From positions 2,768 to 66,767 of the forward strand of contig JBDRCO010000002.1 in the NCBI GenBank assembly GCA_043821645.1: a stretch of DNA of 64,000 nucleotides, written 5' to 3'. The position numbers and the translations under genes are program-made. The notes below the pieces were generated by a model, which did no database searches, had not been told where the DNA came from, and worked only from the letters and a program-made list of their open reading frames with translations. The first letter of the stretch is position 1, and every line of letters begins with the position of its first letter. Origin of the DNA: Pseudomonadota bacterium (lineage in GTDB: Bacteria > Myxococcota > JACRCW01 > JAFGSX01). This document shows positions 47,623 through 57,990 of this stretch, piece after piece.

Positions 47623-49575
47623 ATGTCAGGTGTGGAACTCCTGGTCCAGAATGGAGGCCTGGCCCGCCTTCTGGACGGCTACGAGGCCAGACCGTCCCAG
47701 CTCGAGATGGCGCGGGCGGTCGAGGCCGCGCTCCGCGAGCCCGGGCAACGCTTGCTGGTCGAGGCAGGCACGGGCGTCGGCAAGAGTCTGGCCTACCTGG
47801 CCCCGGCCCTGGCCAGCGGGGCCACGGTGGTCGTGGCCACCGGCACCAAGGCGCTGCAGGACCAGCTCGCCACCCGGGATGCGCCCCTGGTGGCCGCCGC
47901 CCTGGTCGACGCCGGCGTGCCCGAGCCGCGGATCGAAGTCGTCAAGGGCCGCCAGAACTACCTGTGCCTGCTGCGGATGGAACGCGCCATGGTCCAGGGC
48001 ACCTTGCCACTCTCCGTCGACGACGACTGGATCGAGGGCATCGCGCGCTGGAGTACCAGCACCGTCACCGGCGATCGCGCGGAGCTGGACGGGCTCCCCG
48101 AGAGCTGGGAGCCCTGGCACGAGCTCGACGCCGGCGCCGACACCTGTGTCGGCAAGAAGTGCCCGCACCACGCACCCTGCTTCGTCACGCGGCTGCGTGC
48201 CCGCGCCCGCGAGGCGCAGCTGATCATCACCAACCACCACCTGCTGCTCGCCGACGCGGCGCTGCGGCTGAGCCAGCGCTTTGGCGAGGTGCCGGATTCG
48301 GCGGAGCTGCTTCCTGGCCACGAGGCGCTGATCGTCGACGAGGCCCACGGCATCCCGGAGGTGGCCACCGACGCCTTCGGGGCCAGCGTGTCCACCGCGG
48401 CCATCGAGCACCTGGCGCGCGATCTGCGGCAGTGGCTCACCGGTCAAGCCCAGGACAGCCAGCGCACCCTGGCACCCGAGATCGACCGCGTGGAACAGCG
48501 CCTGCGCCAGCTGCTCCGGGATCTGGGCGGTGGGGAGGACAGGCGCGTGCTGGGTCCGGAGAGTCTGGGCCCCACCACCGGTGCCGACCTGCAACGTGGC
48601 CTCGATGGCCTGGCGACCTTGAGCGCGACCCTGGCAGACGCCGCCGACGAGGACCCGGTGGCCCAGGGTCTGTGCCTGCGCGCGCAGCGCCTGGCGCGCT
48701 CTCTCGAGTTCGTGGCCACCGCAGGAGATCCCACCTACGTTTACTACACGGAGCAGCGCCGCCGTCACGTGCGTGCCGTGGCCGCTCCCGTCGACGTGGC
48801 GCGACCGCTGGCCGAGTCGCTGTTCCTCCCCGCGCGCACCGTGGTGCTGACCTCGGCCACCCTGGCCACGGACCAGGGCTTCGGGTCCTTCCGCCGCCTG
48901 GTCGGCCTGAAGGACGATCCCGCGGTGGTCGAGTGCATCCTGCCCTCGCCTTTCGACTATGCCTCGCTCGTGCGCTACTACCTGCCCGAGCCCCCCATCA
49001 TCCCGGACAGCGGCGACCACCTGGAACGCCTGGCATCGGAGATTCGCCTGCTGTGCGAGGCGTCCGGTGGCGGTGCCTTCTTGCTGTTCACCAGCTACCG
49101 TGTGCTCGAGGAAACCCACCGTCGGCTCGGCCCGGTGCTGACCGGTACGGTGCTGCGCCAAGGCGACGCTCCTCGACACACCCTGGTGCAACGCTTTCGT
49201 GACGATGGCAATGCCGTGCTCTTCGGCACCCACAGCTTCTGGCAGGGCATCGATGTGCGCGGGGCGGCCCTGCGCCTGGTCGCCATCGACCGCCTGCCCT
49301 TCGCCTCGCCCGCAGACCCCCTGCACGCGGCGCGCAGCCGTCTGCTCGAGGAGCGCGGCGAGCGCCCCTTCACGACCTTGACCCTGCCCCAGGCCATCCT
49401 GGACCTGAAGCAGGGGGTGGGCCGGCTGGTGCGCTCGTCCACGGATGGCGGGGTCATCGCGCTGCTGGATGGCCGGCTGCGCAGCAAGAGCTACGGCCAT
49501 CGTTTCCTGCGCGCGCTGCCCAAGGCCCCGGTGCTGCGCCACATCGACGAGGTACGGTCCTTCTTCAGCTCTTGA
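47623..49575 (+). CDS. dinG: ATP-dependent DNA helicase, DinG/Rad3-like (Fe-S superfamily 2)
   Basis: Walker A AGTGVGKS. Fe-S Cys cluster (CVGKKCPHHAPC). DEAH box IVDEAHGIP. C-terminal helicase motifs. Start at MSGVELLVQNG. Confidence 0.8.
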   Translation: MSGVELLVQNGGLARLLDGYEARPSQLEMARAVEAALREPGQRLLVEAGTGVGKSLAYLAPALASGATVVVATGTKALQDQLATRDAPLVAAALVDAGVPEPRIEVVKGRQNYLCLLRMERAMVQGTLPLSVDDDWIEGIARWSTSTVTGDRAELDGLPESWEPWHELDAGADTCVGKKCPHHAPCFVTRLRARAREAQLIITNHHLLLADAALRLSQRFGEVPDSAELLPGHEALIVDEAHGIPEVATDAFGASVSTAAIEHLARDLRQWLTGQAQDSQRTLAPEIDRVEQRLRQLLRDLGGGEDRRVLGPESLGPTTGADLQRGLDGLATLSATLADAADEDPVAQGLCLRAQRLARSLEFVATAGDPTYVYYTEQRRRHVRAVAAPVDVARPLAESLFLPARTVVLTSATLATDQGFGSFRRLVGLKDDPAVVECILPSPFDYASLVRYYLPEPPIIPDSGDHLERLASEIRLLCEASGGGAFLLFTSYRVLEETHRRLGPVLTGTVLRQGDAPRHTLVQRFRDDGNAVLFGTHSFWQGIDVRGAALRLVAIDRLPFASPADPLHAARSRLLEERGERPFTTLTLPQAILDLKQGVGRLVRSSTDGGVIALLDGRLRSKSYGHRFLRALPKAPVLRHIDEVRSFFSS

Positions 49576-52500
49576 GGTGTCGACGGTAGCGAGTGCGGCT
49601 GCGCTCATCGCGGAGCACGCTCAGGGCGTCCTGCGCCACCTGCCAGATCTCGGCAATGGCGCCCTTGAGTTCGCGGTCGTCGGAGCCGCCGAAACGCAGG
49701 GTCTCCAGCTCCTCGAGGAGGTGACCAACGGCCTGCTCCACCTCGTAGCCTGTGGCCTCGCGCGCCAGGCCCAGGAACGCGAAGTAGTCCTGCTCCCGCG
49801 CCTGCTGCCACTTCTCCATCACCCGCGCGCGATCGATGGCCTGCTCGTGCGCCTGCACCAGCTCGCGCTCCGCGTCCAGGGCATCGATGCCCCGCGCCAC
49901 CACCTGGTGGCTCCCCGAAGCGATGGCGATGAGCGCCGTGCGATACGCGACCACCTCGTCGACACCTGCGGCCAGGATCAGATCCTCGAGGGTCCGCACG
50001 CCATCGAGCAGGTTCGCCGCGTGCTGTTCCGCGCCGGTCAGGCCCATGGCATCGAGCCGGGCCGTGACCACCGGTCGCAGCAAGGTCGAGGGCCCGCCCA
50101 CCGCGCGCAGCAGACGCTCGACGTCATACTTGCGGCGAACACCCTCTGCCACCAGCTGCAAGGGGGTCTGGGCCAGGGTCACCCGTTCGCCCTCATCCGC
50201 CTTGTCCGGGACGTAGCTGTAGCTGCCCCGCGGCCACTCGAAAAGGGACAGGTAGCAGTCCGCCAGGTGCGCGCGAACCGCATCGAACAGCTCGCGCGTC
50301 TTGAGCACGCCCTCCTCGAGCATGCTGGCGGCGAGCTGCCGCGCCGTGGGCAAGTTTTTGGCCCGGGCCAGGGCATGCTGCTCGCGGGTGAGCAGGCCAC
50401 GCCGCAGCAGGAATTCCTCGAACTGATCGCGTCGCAGCGTCGAGCGAAGCAACACCGGAGCGCCCTGCTCGAGATAAAGGCTGCGCTGGGCCGCGCCTCC
50501 CTCGAGCGAGAAGTCGATGCGGCCGGTGACCTGCTGGTACACCACTTCTGCCAGGACCGCCGGCAGCTGCGCGTCGTCGAAACCGCCCTGCTCCGGGCTC
50601 AGGGGCGAGGGCGGCTGATCCATGCGTGGATGCGGCCGGCCGGGCTCGGTGTCATGCAGGACGGCGGAGTCCAGGGGTCGCGGGCGCGCCTGGACCACAG
50701 GCTGGATGGGAAGAGTGACCGCCGTGCGCTCCACCTCGGGGGGGCGCATCTCCTCGAGGTGAGGCGCCGCATGCTCGTTGCGGGTGACCTCCGCGTCGGA
50801 AGCAGCTGCCGCCGCAGGAGCCCCTGACACCCTGGCACCGACCTCCGTGCGTTCGGAGCGCAGGCCTTCGAGCCAGCCCCGCGCACGTTCCCGTCGTTGC
50901 TCCCGGTCCACCAGGCCCGCTTGCAGACGCTGCGCCCCCTCTTCGCGCCGCCGCTCGGCCTCCTCGGCCCGGCGCCGTGCCTCCGCTTCGAGCTGGCGCA
51001 GCTCCTCCTCGTGTCGACGAGCTGCTTCCTCGAGCTGGCGGATACCCTCCTCGCGTCGCGCGGCATCCTCCTCGAGCTGGCGCAGCTGCTGCTCGCGAGC
51101 GCGGGCCTGCTGCAGACGCTGCTCGAGCTGCTCACCGACTCGCTGGGTCTCGCTCGCCACGCGCTGCTCCTCGGCGGCGGCCTGTGCCCGGGCTTCGGCC
51201 TCGATGCGGGCGACCTCCTCGATGGACCTCTGGCGGGCCTGCTGTGCAAGCTCGCGGGCCCGCAGCTCCGCCTCAGCGCGGGCACTGCTCTCCAGCTCCT
51301 CGGCCTCTCGCTCCGCTTGCTGACGGGCTTCCTCGTCGAGCGCGCGGGCCCGCAGCTGGGCCTTGGTGCGGGCGTCCTCACGCAGGCGGCGGGACTCGAC
51401 CTCCAGGCGCTGGAGCTCCTGCTCCTCGAAGACCCGAGCCTCTGCCTCGGCCTGGGCGCGGGCCTCGGCCTCCAGTTCCCGCGCCATTACGGCGGCGCGC
51501 TGGCGGGCCTGCTCCAGGATCTGCTTTGCAGACTCCTCGGCGTGCGTCCGTGCCTCGGCTTCCAGACGCTCACGTTCGGCGTGGGCGCGCTTCTGGGCGG
51601 CGTCCTCGAGCTCGCGGGCACTGCCCTCGGCCTTTTGCCGGGCCTCCTGTTCAATCTGGCGCGCGCGGCCCTCGGCTCGTTGCAGCGCCTCCTCGTGCTG
51701 CTTCTGGATCTCGGTCTCGGCCTTGCTCTGGGCCTCCTGCTCCAGACGTCTGGCCTCGATCTCGGCCTTCTGCCGGGCTGCGGCCACCAGCTTGGCTGCA
51801 CGTTTCTCGGCCTTCTGGCGGGCGAGCTCGCGGGCGTTCGTGGCCTCGGTCTCGGCCTGGCGAGCGAGTTCCTCCTCGAGGGCGCGCGCTTCCTTTGCAG
51901 CCTGCTGGTGCGCCTGCGCGGACAGTTCCTGGGCCCTGGCCGTGGCCCGTTCGCGCGCCTGCTCCGACAGCTGACGCGCATTCTCTTCGGCGTGCTGCCT
52001 GGCGTCCTGCTCCAGGCGCCGGGCCTCGTGCTCGGACCGCTCCTTCGCCTCCTGGGCGATCTTTTTTGCCAGCGCGCTCGCCCTCTGCTCGGCCTGGGCG
52101 CGTGCGGTGGCCTCGAACTTCTGCGCCTCGGCCTGGGCCCGCTCGATGGCCTCTTCCTCGAGCCTGCGCGCCTCGGCCTGCGCTCGCTCGCGCGCTTCTT
52201 GCTCGACCCGACGCGCCTCGGCTGCCGCCTTCTCGCGCGCCTCCTGCTCGACACGACGTGCCTCGCTCTCGGCCTTCTCCCGTGCGTCCTGCGCAACGCG
52301 CCGCGCCTCGGTCTCGGCACGCTCCTTGGCCTCCTGGGCGACACGGCGCGCTTCAGCCTCTGCCTTCTCCCGAGCGTCCTGGGCGATACGCCTTGCTTCG
52401 GCCTGTGCCTTCTCGCGCGCCTCCGCCTCGATCCGTCGCGCCTCGGCCGCCGCCCTGTCCCGGGCCAGGTCCTGGGCTCGCGCGGCCTCGATCTCGGCCT

Positions 52501-53512
52501 CGGCCATGGCCTCGCTCTCGATGCGCTGCGCCTCCGCCTCGGCCTGGGCCCGCGCACTGTCGTCGGGTCCGGTCGCCGTCTCCGTTGCAGAACGGGATCC
52601 GGCTCCCGGGGCGTGGGCTGAGGCATCGTCCGCCGCGGACTCGTCGTCGAGCAGGCCCTGGAAGTTCAGGTCACCGTCTGGGTCCGGTGGAGCGCTGCCG
52701 GCCCCAGTGGCATCGGGTGCAGGCTCCTCGTCGTCGGCGGCCTCGCCGAGATCTGCCTCGGTCTGGCCTGCGGGTGGAGCGGACACAGGCGGGGCGACGT
52801 CGGCGCTCGTGGGTGCGGACCAAGGGGTGGAGTCCTCGTCGTGGTCCATCTGCTGCGAGAGCTGGGAAGCCTGCTGCAGTCTGCGCAGGCGCGCGATGAG
52901 CTCACTCGTGTCCTCGCCGGGCTCGATCTCATCAAACTGTGGGGGCGGCGCCACGCGGGTGGGTTCGCGATCCTCCGCGGGCCTATCCACCCGGCTCGGT
53001 AACTGGTCGAGGGCGTCGTTGAGGGCATCCTCGATGGCGTCATCGATGGCCTGGCTATCGGGTTGCACCACCGTCGATGTGGCAGGCGCCTGGTCGTCCG
53101 CGCTGTCTATCATGGCCTCGGCCTCGATGGCCTGGTGCGTTGGCCGGCCGAGGTAGGCTGCGATCTTGGCGGCAAGCTTGGCAGCAGCCACGGGGCGCCT
53201 GAAGTAGCCATCCCCACCCGCTTCCAGGGCATCCTCGTTGCTGGTGATGCTCTCCAGACCACTGCCCAGAAACAGCACGGGAACAATCCGGCTCCCCACA
53301 CGCTCGCGCAGATCAGCCAGAAGCTTCACGCCGTCTTCGCCGAGGCTCGCCAGATCGATGAGGATCAGCTCGGTATCACCCCCGAAACACGCCCGGGCCG
53401 CGTCCGTGCTCTGCACGACCGCTGTTTCCATATCCTCGAAAACGAGGAACTCGCCACAGCGGCGAGCCACCTCGACGTCGGAACTCACGACCAGGATGTG
53501 GCGCGCTGCCAT
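49565..53512 (-). CDS. Response-regulator receiver domain protein with a very long Ala/Glu/Arg coiled-coil and a C-terminal DUF4388/J-like region
   Basis: N-terminal receiver (ILVVSSD...DLILIDL...VPVLFLG). About 600 aa of EARR-type repeats, including seven perfect 15-residue repeats. C-terminal conserved domain containing DYFAFLGLAREATGYEVEQA (J-domain-like helix). Start at MAARHILVV. Confidence 0.7.
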   Translation of the reverse strand: MAARHILVVSSDVEVARRCGEFLVFEDMETAVVQSTDAARACFGGDTELILIDLASLGEDGVKLLADLRERVGSRIVPVLFLGSGLESITSNEDALEAGGDGYFRRPVAAAKLAAKIAAYLGRPTHQAIEAEAMIDSADDQAPATSTVVQPDSQAIDDAIEDALNDALDQLPSRVDRPAEDREPTRVAPPPQFDEIEPGEDTSELIARLRRLQQASQLSQQMDHDEDSTPWSAPTSADVAPPVSAPPAGQTEADLGEAADDEEPAPDATGAGSAPPDPDGDLNFQGLLDDESAADDASAHAPGAGSRSATETATGPDDSARAQAEAEAQRIESEAMAEAEIEAARAQDLARDRAAAEARRIEAEAREKAQAEARRIAQDAREKAEAEARRVAQEAKERAETEARRVAQDAREKAESEARRVEQEAREKAAAEARRVEQEARERAQAEARRLEEEAIERAQAEAQKFEATARAQAEQRASALAKKIAQEAKERSEHEARRLEQDARQHAEENARQLSEQARERATARAQELSAQAHQQAAKEARALEEELARQAETEATNARELARQKAEKRAAKLVAAARQKAEIEARRLEQEAQSKAETEIQKQHEEALQRAEGRARQIEQEARQKAEGSARELEDAAQKRAHAERERLEAEARTHAEESAKQILEQARQRAAVMARELEAEARAQAEAEARVFEEQELQRLEVESRRLREDARTKAQLRARALDEEARQQAEREAEELESSARAEAELRARELAQQARQRSIEEVARIEAEARAQAAAEEQRVASETQRVGEQLEQRLQQARAREQQLRQLEEDAARREEGIRQLEEAARRHEEELRQLEAEARRRAEEAERRREEGAQRLQAGLVDREQRRERARGWLEGLRSERTEVGARVSGAPAAAAASDAEVTRNEHAAPHLEEMRPPEVERTAVTLPIQPVVQARPRPLDSAVLHDTEPGRPHPRMDQPPSPLSPEQGGFDDAQLPAVLAEVVYQQVTGRIDFSLEGGAAQRSLYLEQGAPVLLRSTLRRDQFEEFLLRRGLLTREQHALARAKNLPTARQLAASMLEEGVLKTRELFDAVRAHLADCYLSLFEWPRGSYSYVPDKADEGERVTLAQTPLQLVAEGVRRKYDVERLLRAVGGPSTLLRPVVTARLDAMGLTGAEQHAANLLDGVRTLEDLILAAGVDEVVAYRTALIAIASGSHQVVARGIDALDAERELVQAHEQAIDRARVMEKWQQAREQDYFAFLGLAREATGYEVEQAVGHLLEELETLRFGGSDDRELKGAIAEIWQVAQDALSVLRDERSRTRYRRHLKS
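52125..52445. repeat. Seven 45-bp tandem repeats encoding the 15-residue repeat EARR[VI][AE]Q[DE]A[RK]E[KR]A[EQA]x
   Basis: Read at both DNA and protein level. It explains the many Arg/Ala-rich shadow ORFs on both strands between 50.9 and 53.2 kb. Confidence 0.75.
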
Positions 53513-53577
53513 GCTGCTCGCCCGGGGCCACCGGCACACCTTATCCACGACGGATCAGGCCCGCTGGCCAGTCTCGT

Positions 53578-56004
53578 TCATAGCACCAAAGCTGGATCCA
53601 CATCAAAAACCAGGCGCGCGCGGCCAGCACCTCGCTCGTGTGCTGAACGCAGGGCCTGAAGAGCGCGCTGCATGGCTGAGGGGCCTGGTGCCTTGACCAG
53701 GATCTGTACTCGCGACACGTCGCGGAGTCGCGACAGAGGTGCCGGAGCGGGTCCCAGCAACTCCGCGTCACCTGGAAGGGCGGCCTTGGCAGCGCGAACC
53801 ATCGCGCGGGCTTCCTGCATCGCGTCGCTCTCGTCGCGATGCTCGAGCCGCACCACGGCCAGGCGACCAAAGGGTGGGTAGCGCAACAAGCGGCGCTGCT
53901 CCAGCTCGGCCTCGGCAAAGGCGGGGTAGTCGTGCGCCGCCGCGGCCTGTATCGCGGGATGTCCGGCATCAAAGGCCTGCACCACGACGAGGCCGGGCTT
54001 GCGCCCACGGCCCGCGCGTCCCGCCACCTGGCTCAGCAACTGGAAGGTGCGCTCGGAAGCGCGGAAATCAGCCACCGCGAGGCCCACATCGGCGATCACC
54101 ACACCGACCACCGTGACGTTGGGGAAATCATGACCCTTGGCCAGCATCTGGGTTCCGACCAGGACGTCGATCTCGCGCGCCGAAAACCGTTCGAGCACGT
54201 CCAGCAGGGCGCCGCGCCGACGGGTGGTATCGCGATCGATGCGCGCGATGCGCACGCCAGGAAAACGCGAGCGCACCGCATCCTCGACCCGCTCGGTGCC
54301 CAGGCCCAGCGGTACCACCCGCACCCCCTGGCAACGCCCGCACTGTTCAGGCACCGGCGCGTGGTGGCCACAATAGTGGCATAGCAGCAGGCGACGCGCG
54401 CGGTGGTGGGTCAAGGACACGCTGCAGTGCGGACAACCCACGATCTCGCCGCAGTCCAGGCACAGCACGAAGTTGGCGAAGCCGCGCCGGTTGAGAAACA
54501 AGATGGCCTGCTCGCCCCGTCCCAGGGCCTGTTCCAGCGCCTCGCCCAGCGCCGGCGTGAGGATCTCGATCCCGTCGTCAGCGCCCCGGCTGCGCTCGGG
54601 CGTCAGGGCCACCACCCGCACCTCCGGCAGCACAGCTCCGCCCACGCGCTGCGGCAACTCGAGCAGGTGCAAGGACCCCTGGCGCGTGCGCTGGTAGCTC
54701 TCGAGACTGGGTGTGGCCGAGCCCAGCAGCACCGGGATGCCGAGGTGATGCGCGCGCCACAGCGCCAGGTCGCGCCCGTGGTAGCGGGGCGAATCGTCCT
54801 GCTTGTAGCTCTGGTCGTGCTCCTCATCGACGACGATCAGCCCCAGGTCCTGCATCGGGGCAAACACCGCGGAACGCGCGCCCACCACACAGCGCGCTCG
54901 CCCCGACCGCACACGAGCCCAGCGCTGCCGGCGTTGTGCCTCGGGCAAGGCCGAGTGCAGCACCTCGACCGGTGCATCCAGGCGCCGGACGAAGCGGCCC
55001 ACCAGCTGCGGTGTGAGCGCGATCTCGGGCACCAGCACCAGCACGCTGCGCCCCTGGGCCAGCACGTGCTCCGCCGCTGCGAGGTAGACCTCGGTCTTGC
55101 CCGACGAGGTCACCCCATGCAGCAGAAAGGCCTCGTGCTGCCTCGCATCGATGGCAGTGCGCAGGATGCCGACGACCTCGTCCTGGGCCGGGGTGAGCTG
55201 AGGCCTGAGCACCTCGTCCAGGTGCAAGGCCTCGGGTTGCGGCAAGAATTTCTGGCGGCTCCCGCGCTGCACCAGACCGCGGCGCAGCAGGCGCGGCAGT
55301 GCGTCGCGACCCCCGGGCACCGCATCCTCGATCTCGCCACGCGAGCGCGGTCGGCCATCGGCGAGCAACACGCAGACCGCTCGCATGGCCCGAGCCTGCG
55401 GAGGCAGCGTCGGTGGCTCGGTGCTGGCGACCATCCCGAACACCTCCTCGTCGGCCTCGGCCTGGGCGGCCTGGGGTGTTCGCTGGTCGATCAGACCCTC
55501 GGCCAGCAGCCGCTCGATACTCGCCGGGGAGGTGCCTGTGCGCTCGAGCTGGCGCCGTGCTCGCGGGCCACGCTGCACGCTGCGCAGCACGGCGAGGGAC
55601 CTGTCGTCGAGACCACTGAGCAGGGCCGAGCGCAGCAGGGCACGGCCGGCCCGGGTCAGGCCCAGCCGGGGTCCGGCGCCATGACCCAGGCCTGGAGGCA
55701 AGGCCGCGCGCATCAGCTCCCCCGGGGGAGCGCGGTAATAGCTTGCCGCAAACTCGCACAGGGCCAGCACCTCGGCGGGCAGCGCCGCCTCGTCGTCGAG
55801 CACCTGCGCGATGGTCTTGAGTTCCCTGGGTGGTGCCGGCTCCTCTCCGAGGACCACACCATTCACCAGGCGCCTCCCAAGGGGAACGCGCACGCGTGTC
55901 CCGGCCGCCAGGTGCTGCGTGTCGGGGGCGAGGTAGCTCAGGGCGTGCATCACCGGCGCATCCACCGCCACGCGCAGGACCTGGGTGGTCGGTGCTGTGG
56001 TCAC
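53578..56004 (-). CDS. priA: Primosomal protein N' (replication restart helicase)
   Basis: LRVAVDAPV...SYLAP N-terminus, Walker A GVTSSGKTEVYL, DEEH box, and a Cys4 zinc-binding insert (CPHCSVSLTHH...CHYCGH...CGRC). I place the start at the GTG (VTTAPTTQVLRVAV). The ORF-track start at 56085 would overlap the upstream gene. Confidence 0.9.
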   Translation of the reverse strand: MTTAPTTQVLRVAVDAPVMHALSYLAPDTQHLAAGTRVRVPLGRRLVNGVVLGEEPAPPRELKTIAQVLDDEAALPAEVLALCEFAASYYRAPPGELMRAALPPGLGHGAGPRLGLTRAGRALLRSALLSGLDDRSLAVLRSVQRGPRARRQLERTGTSPASIERLLAEGLIDQRTPQAAQAEADEEVFGMVASTEPPTLPPQARAMRAVCVLLADGRPRSRGEIEDAVPGGRDALPRLLRRGLVQRGSRQKFLPQPEALHLDEVLRPQLTPAQDEVVGILRTAIDARQHEAFLLHGVTSSGKTEVYLAAAEHVLAQGRSVLVLVPEIALTPQLVGRFVRRLDAPVEVLHSALPEAQRRQRWARVRSGRARCVVGARSAVFAPMQDLGLIVVDEEHDQSYKQDDSPRYHGRDLALWRAHHLGIPVLLGSATPSLESYQRTRQGSLHLLELPQRVGGAVLPEVRVVALTPERSRGADDGIEILTPALGEALEQALGRGEQAILFLNRRGFANFVLCLDCGEIVGCPHCSVSLTHHRARRLLLCHYCGHHAPVPEQCGRCQGVRVVPLGLGTERVEDAVRSRFPGVRIARIDRDTTRRRGALLDVLERFSAREIDVLVGTQMLAKGHDFPNVTVVGVVIADVGLAVADFRASERTFQLLSQVAGRAGRGRKPGLVVVQAFDAGHPAIQAAAAHDYPAFAEAELEQRRLLRYPPFGRLAVVRLEHRDESDAMQEARAMVRAAKAALPGDAELLGPAPAPLSRLRDVSRVQILVKAPGPSAMQRALQALRSAHERGAGRARLVFDVDPALVL

Positions 56005-56012
56005 GTGCCGGC

Positions 56013-56756
56013 CTACGGAATCTTGAACTGTGCGGGGGTGAGCTTGGGTGCGACGGTCACTTCTTCGACCTCGGAACGCCGCCACAGGGCGCCGTCGCGG
56101 TACACCTCGATGACCTCGGGGAAGATCAGGCTGGTCTTGCTGCCACCGTAGCCCCGCAGCCGCACGTCGAGCAGCGGACGGCGGGCATCTCCATTCTCGC
56201 GGGCGATCAGGCGCAGTGGATACAGCCCGTCCTTGTCGAGCCAGAGCTGAGGTGTCACCCGATCCCAGGGGTCGGCGCCGATGACGATGGCGATGCGGCC
56301 GTCAAAGCGGGTCAGCGAGGTCTTGCTGCCGTCGATGCCCAGGCGCTTGAGGGTGCCCAGCAAGCGGTCCCGGGCCTTCTGCGCGCTGTCCTCGCTCTCC
56401 TCGGCGCAGCTGAACAGATCCCACAGCAGATCGATCTCGGCCTGACGCCGGGTGCCCTTCTGACCCGGGGCCTCGACCCACTCGCGCTCACCGTCGCGAA
56501 TGCGCAGGACCTTCCCGCCTTCGACCTCGCGCTCTGCGCGCACGCGCCAGGGCGAGAGGAAGGTCACGGTCTCGCGTTCGGTGGTCCGTGCGGCGCCGTG
56601 GGTGGTGGTCTGCATGACCACCTGCAGGCTGAAGATCTTGCGCTCGACGCGAATCTGTATCCAGTGCAGCAGCAAGAAGGTGGTGGGCGCGATGTAGGCC
56701 TGGGCCAGGCTGGTCACCAGCAGTCCCGCGGCAAGGGCGATCAGTCCACGGCGCAT
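56013..56756 (-). CDS. Secreted LolA-like / outer-membrane lipoprotein-sorting-like protein (hypothetical)
   Basis: Signal peptide MRRGLIALAAGLLVTSLAQA. About 220-aa beta-rich domain. Assignment is from fold-family resemblance only. Confidence 0.4.
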   Translation of the reverse strand: MRRGLIALAAGLLVTSLAQAYIAPTTFLLLHWIQIRVERKIFSLQVVMQTTTHGAARTTERETVTFLSPWRVRAEREVEGGKVLRIRDGEREWVEAPGQKGTRRQAEIDLLWDLFSCAEESEDSAQKARDRLLGTLKRLGIDGSKTSLTRFDGRIAIVIGADPWDRVTPQLWLDKDGLYPLRLIARENGDARRPLLDVRLRGYGGSKTSLIFPEVIEVYRDGALWRRSEVEEVTVAPKLTPAQFKIP

Positions 56757-56815
56757 GCGAAGGTCCTCCGGTGCCCCGATTGCCTAGCAGCTTTTGCGCG
56801 CGCACGCACCCCTGG

Positions 56816-57754
56816 CTACTGCGAGATGGACATGGGCTGCTGGTAGGCTGGCAGACCGCCGCGGGGACCCGCATTGTAGGTGCCCGCCACGGCCGAGGGC
56901 GGGGGGGGCGCGAACAGGAAGAACTTGAGCGCCACGCCGATGGTGCGATCGTCGAAGCGTTCGAGACCCTGCTGGTAGCCGAGATCGATGCCGAACACGT
57001 CGTACGCGAAGCCGAGGCCGAAGGTCACGGCGCTCAGACCCGTGACCTGGTCGTTCTCGTAGCCCACGCGCAGCGGGAACATGTCGAGCAGGTAGTACTC
57101 GGCGCCGGCGTGGAACTGCATGCCGGGCGGCCACGACGACTCGAAGTCGAGGCCCCAGTCAAAGGCCAGGGTCAGCCCCTCGATGCTCCACGAGGCCGCA
57201 GCGGCCATGCCCATGGGCGCCTCGTTGGTGGTGATGGGGATGACGTTGTAGCCGACCACGGCGAAGGCCAGGCCAAGTCCGGGCGTGACCAGCAGGCCCG
57301 CGTCGGCGGTCAAGGCATTGACGAAGGTGCCTGCCAGGGCCTGGCTGATGTTGAGATACTTGAAGCTGAGGCCGACGTTGAAGACACCGGGCACGATGGG
57401 ATAGGACACGGCCGCGGTCGCGCGATGCCCCCGCACGGCCTCGTCACCGGGTTCGCGGTTGGTGAAGGTGTAGCCCAGGCCCACGCCCACCTGGTTGGTC
57501 AGGCTGTCGACGACCGTGAGGTCGAGCTCGAACAGGTTGCGGTCCGGATTGTACTGGCCATAAAACTCTGGTGAGTACTTGGGTACCGCGGTCATGCCTG
57601 CAGGATTGTAGTAGATGGCGTCGTTGCCCGGCGCCACCGAGCGGTAAGCGTGGCCCATCCCCATGGGACGCGCGCCACGCAAGTCCTGGGCGGCCAGGAT
57701 TCCGGGGACGGTCAGACCCGACAACACCCACAACAACGTCAGACGGCGCCACAT
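56816..57754 (-). CDS. Outer-membrane beta-barrel protein (hypothetical)
   Basis: Signal MWRRLTLLWVLSGLTVPGILAAQ. Alternating amphipathic beta-strands. C-terminal aromatic residues (ALKFFLF-like). Confidence 0.5.
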   Translation of the reverse strand: MWRRLTLLWVLSGLTVPGILAAQDLRGARPMGMGHAYRSVAPGNDAIYYNPAGMTAVPKYSPEFYGQYNPDRNLFELDLTVVDSLTNQVGVGLGYTFTNREPGDEAVRGHRATAAVSYPIVPGVFNVGLSFKYLNISQALAGTFVNALTADAGLLVTPGLGLAFAVVGYNVIPITTNEAPMGMAAAASWSIEGLTLAFDWGLDFESSWPPGMQFHAGAEYYLLDMFPLRVGYENDQVTGLSAVTFGLGFAYDVFGIDLGYQQGLERFDDRTIGVALKFFLFAPPPPSAVAGTYNAGPRGGLPAYQQPMSISQ

Positions 57755-57935
57755 GGAGGCAGCATACTCCGCAGGGTTCCGGCTGCCAAAAAAACGACCA
57801 GCGATCACCCGGAATGCTCGGTCGGCTCGCTTCGCTTGGTCTATGCACAAGCTCCCGCAAGATGGACGCCAAAATTTCCGACGTCACCGAGCGACCTCAG
57901 GGAGCGAGGTGTCCTTGACAGCGCTGCCGGCGTGG

Positions 57936-57970
57936 GGGCCCCGTCGAATTCACTTCGACGGGGGAGGGGG
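57936..57970. repeat. Dispersed copy of the REP-like palindrome CCGTCGAATTCACTTCGACGG followed by GGGGAGGGGGC
   Basis: The 21-bp palindrome is identical to the one at 43229-43250. Confidence 0.6.
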
Positions 57971-57990
57971 CTGCCGAAGCTCCTCGAGAA

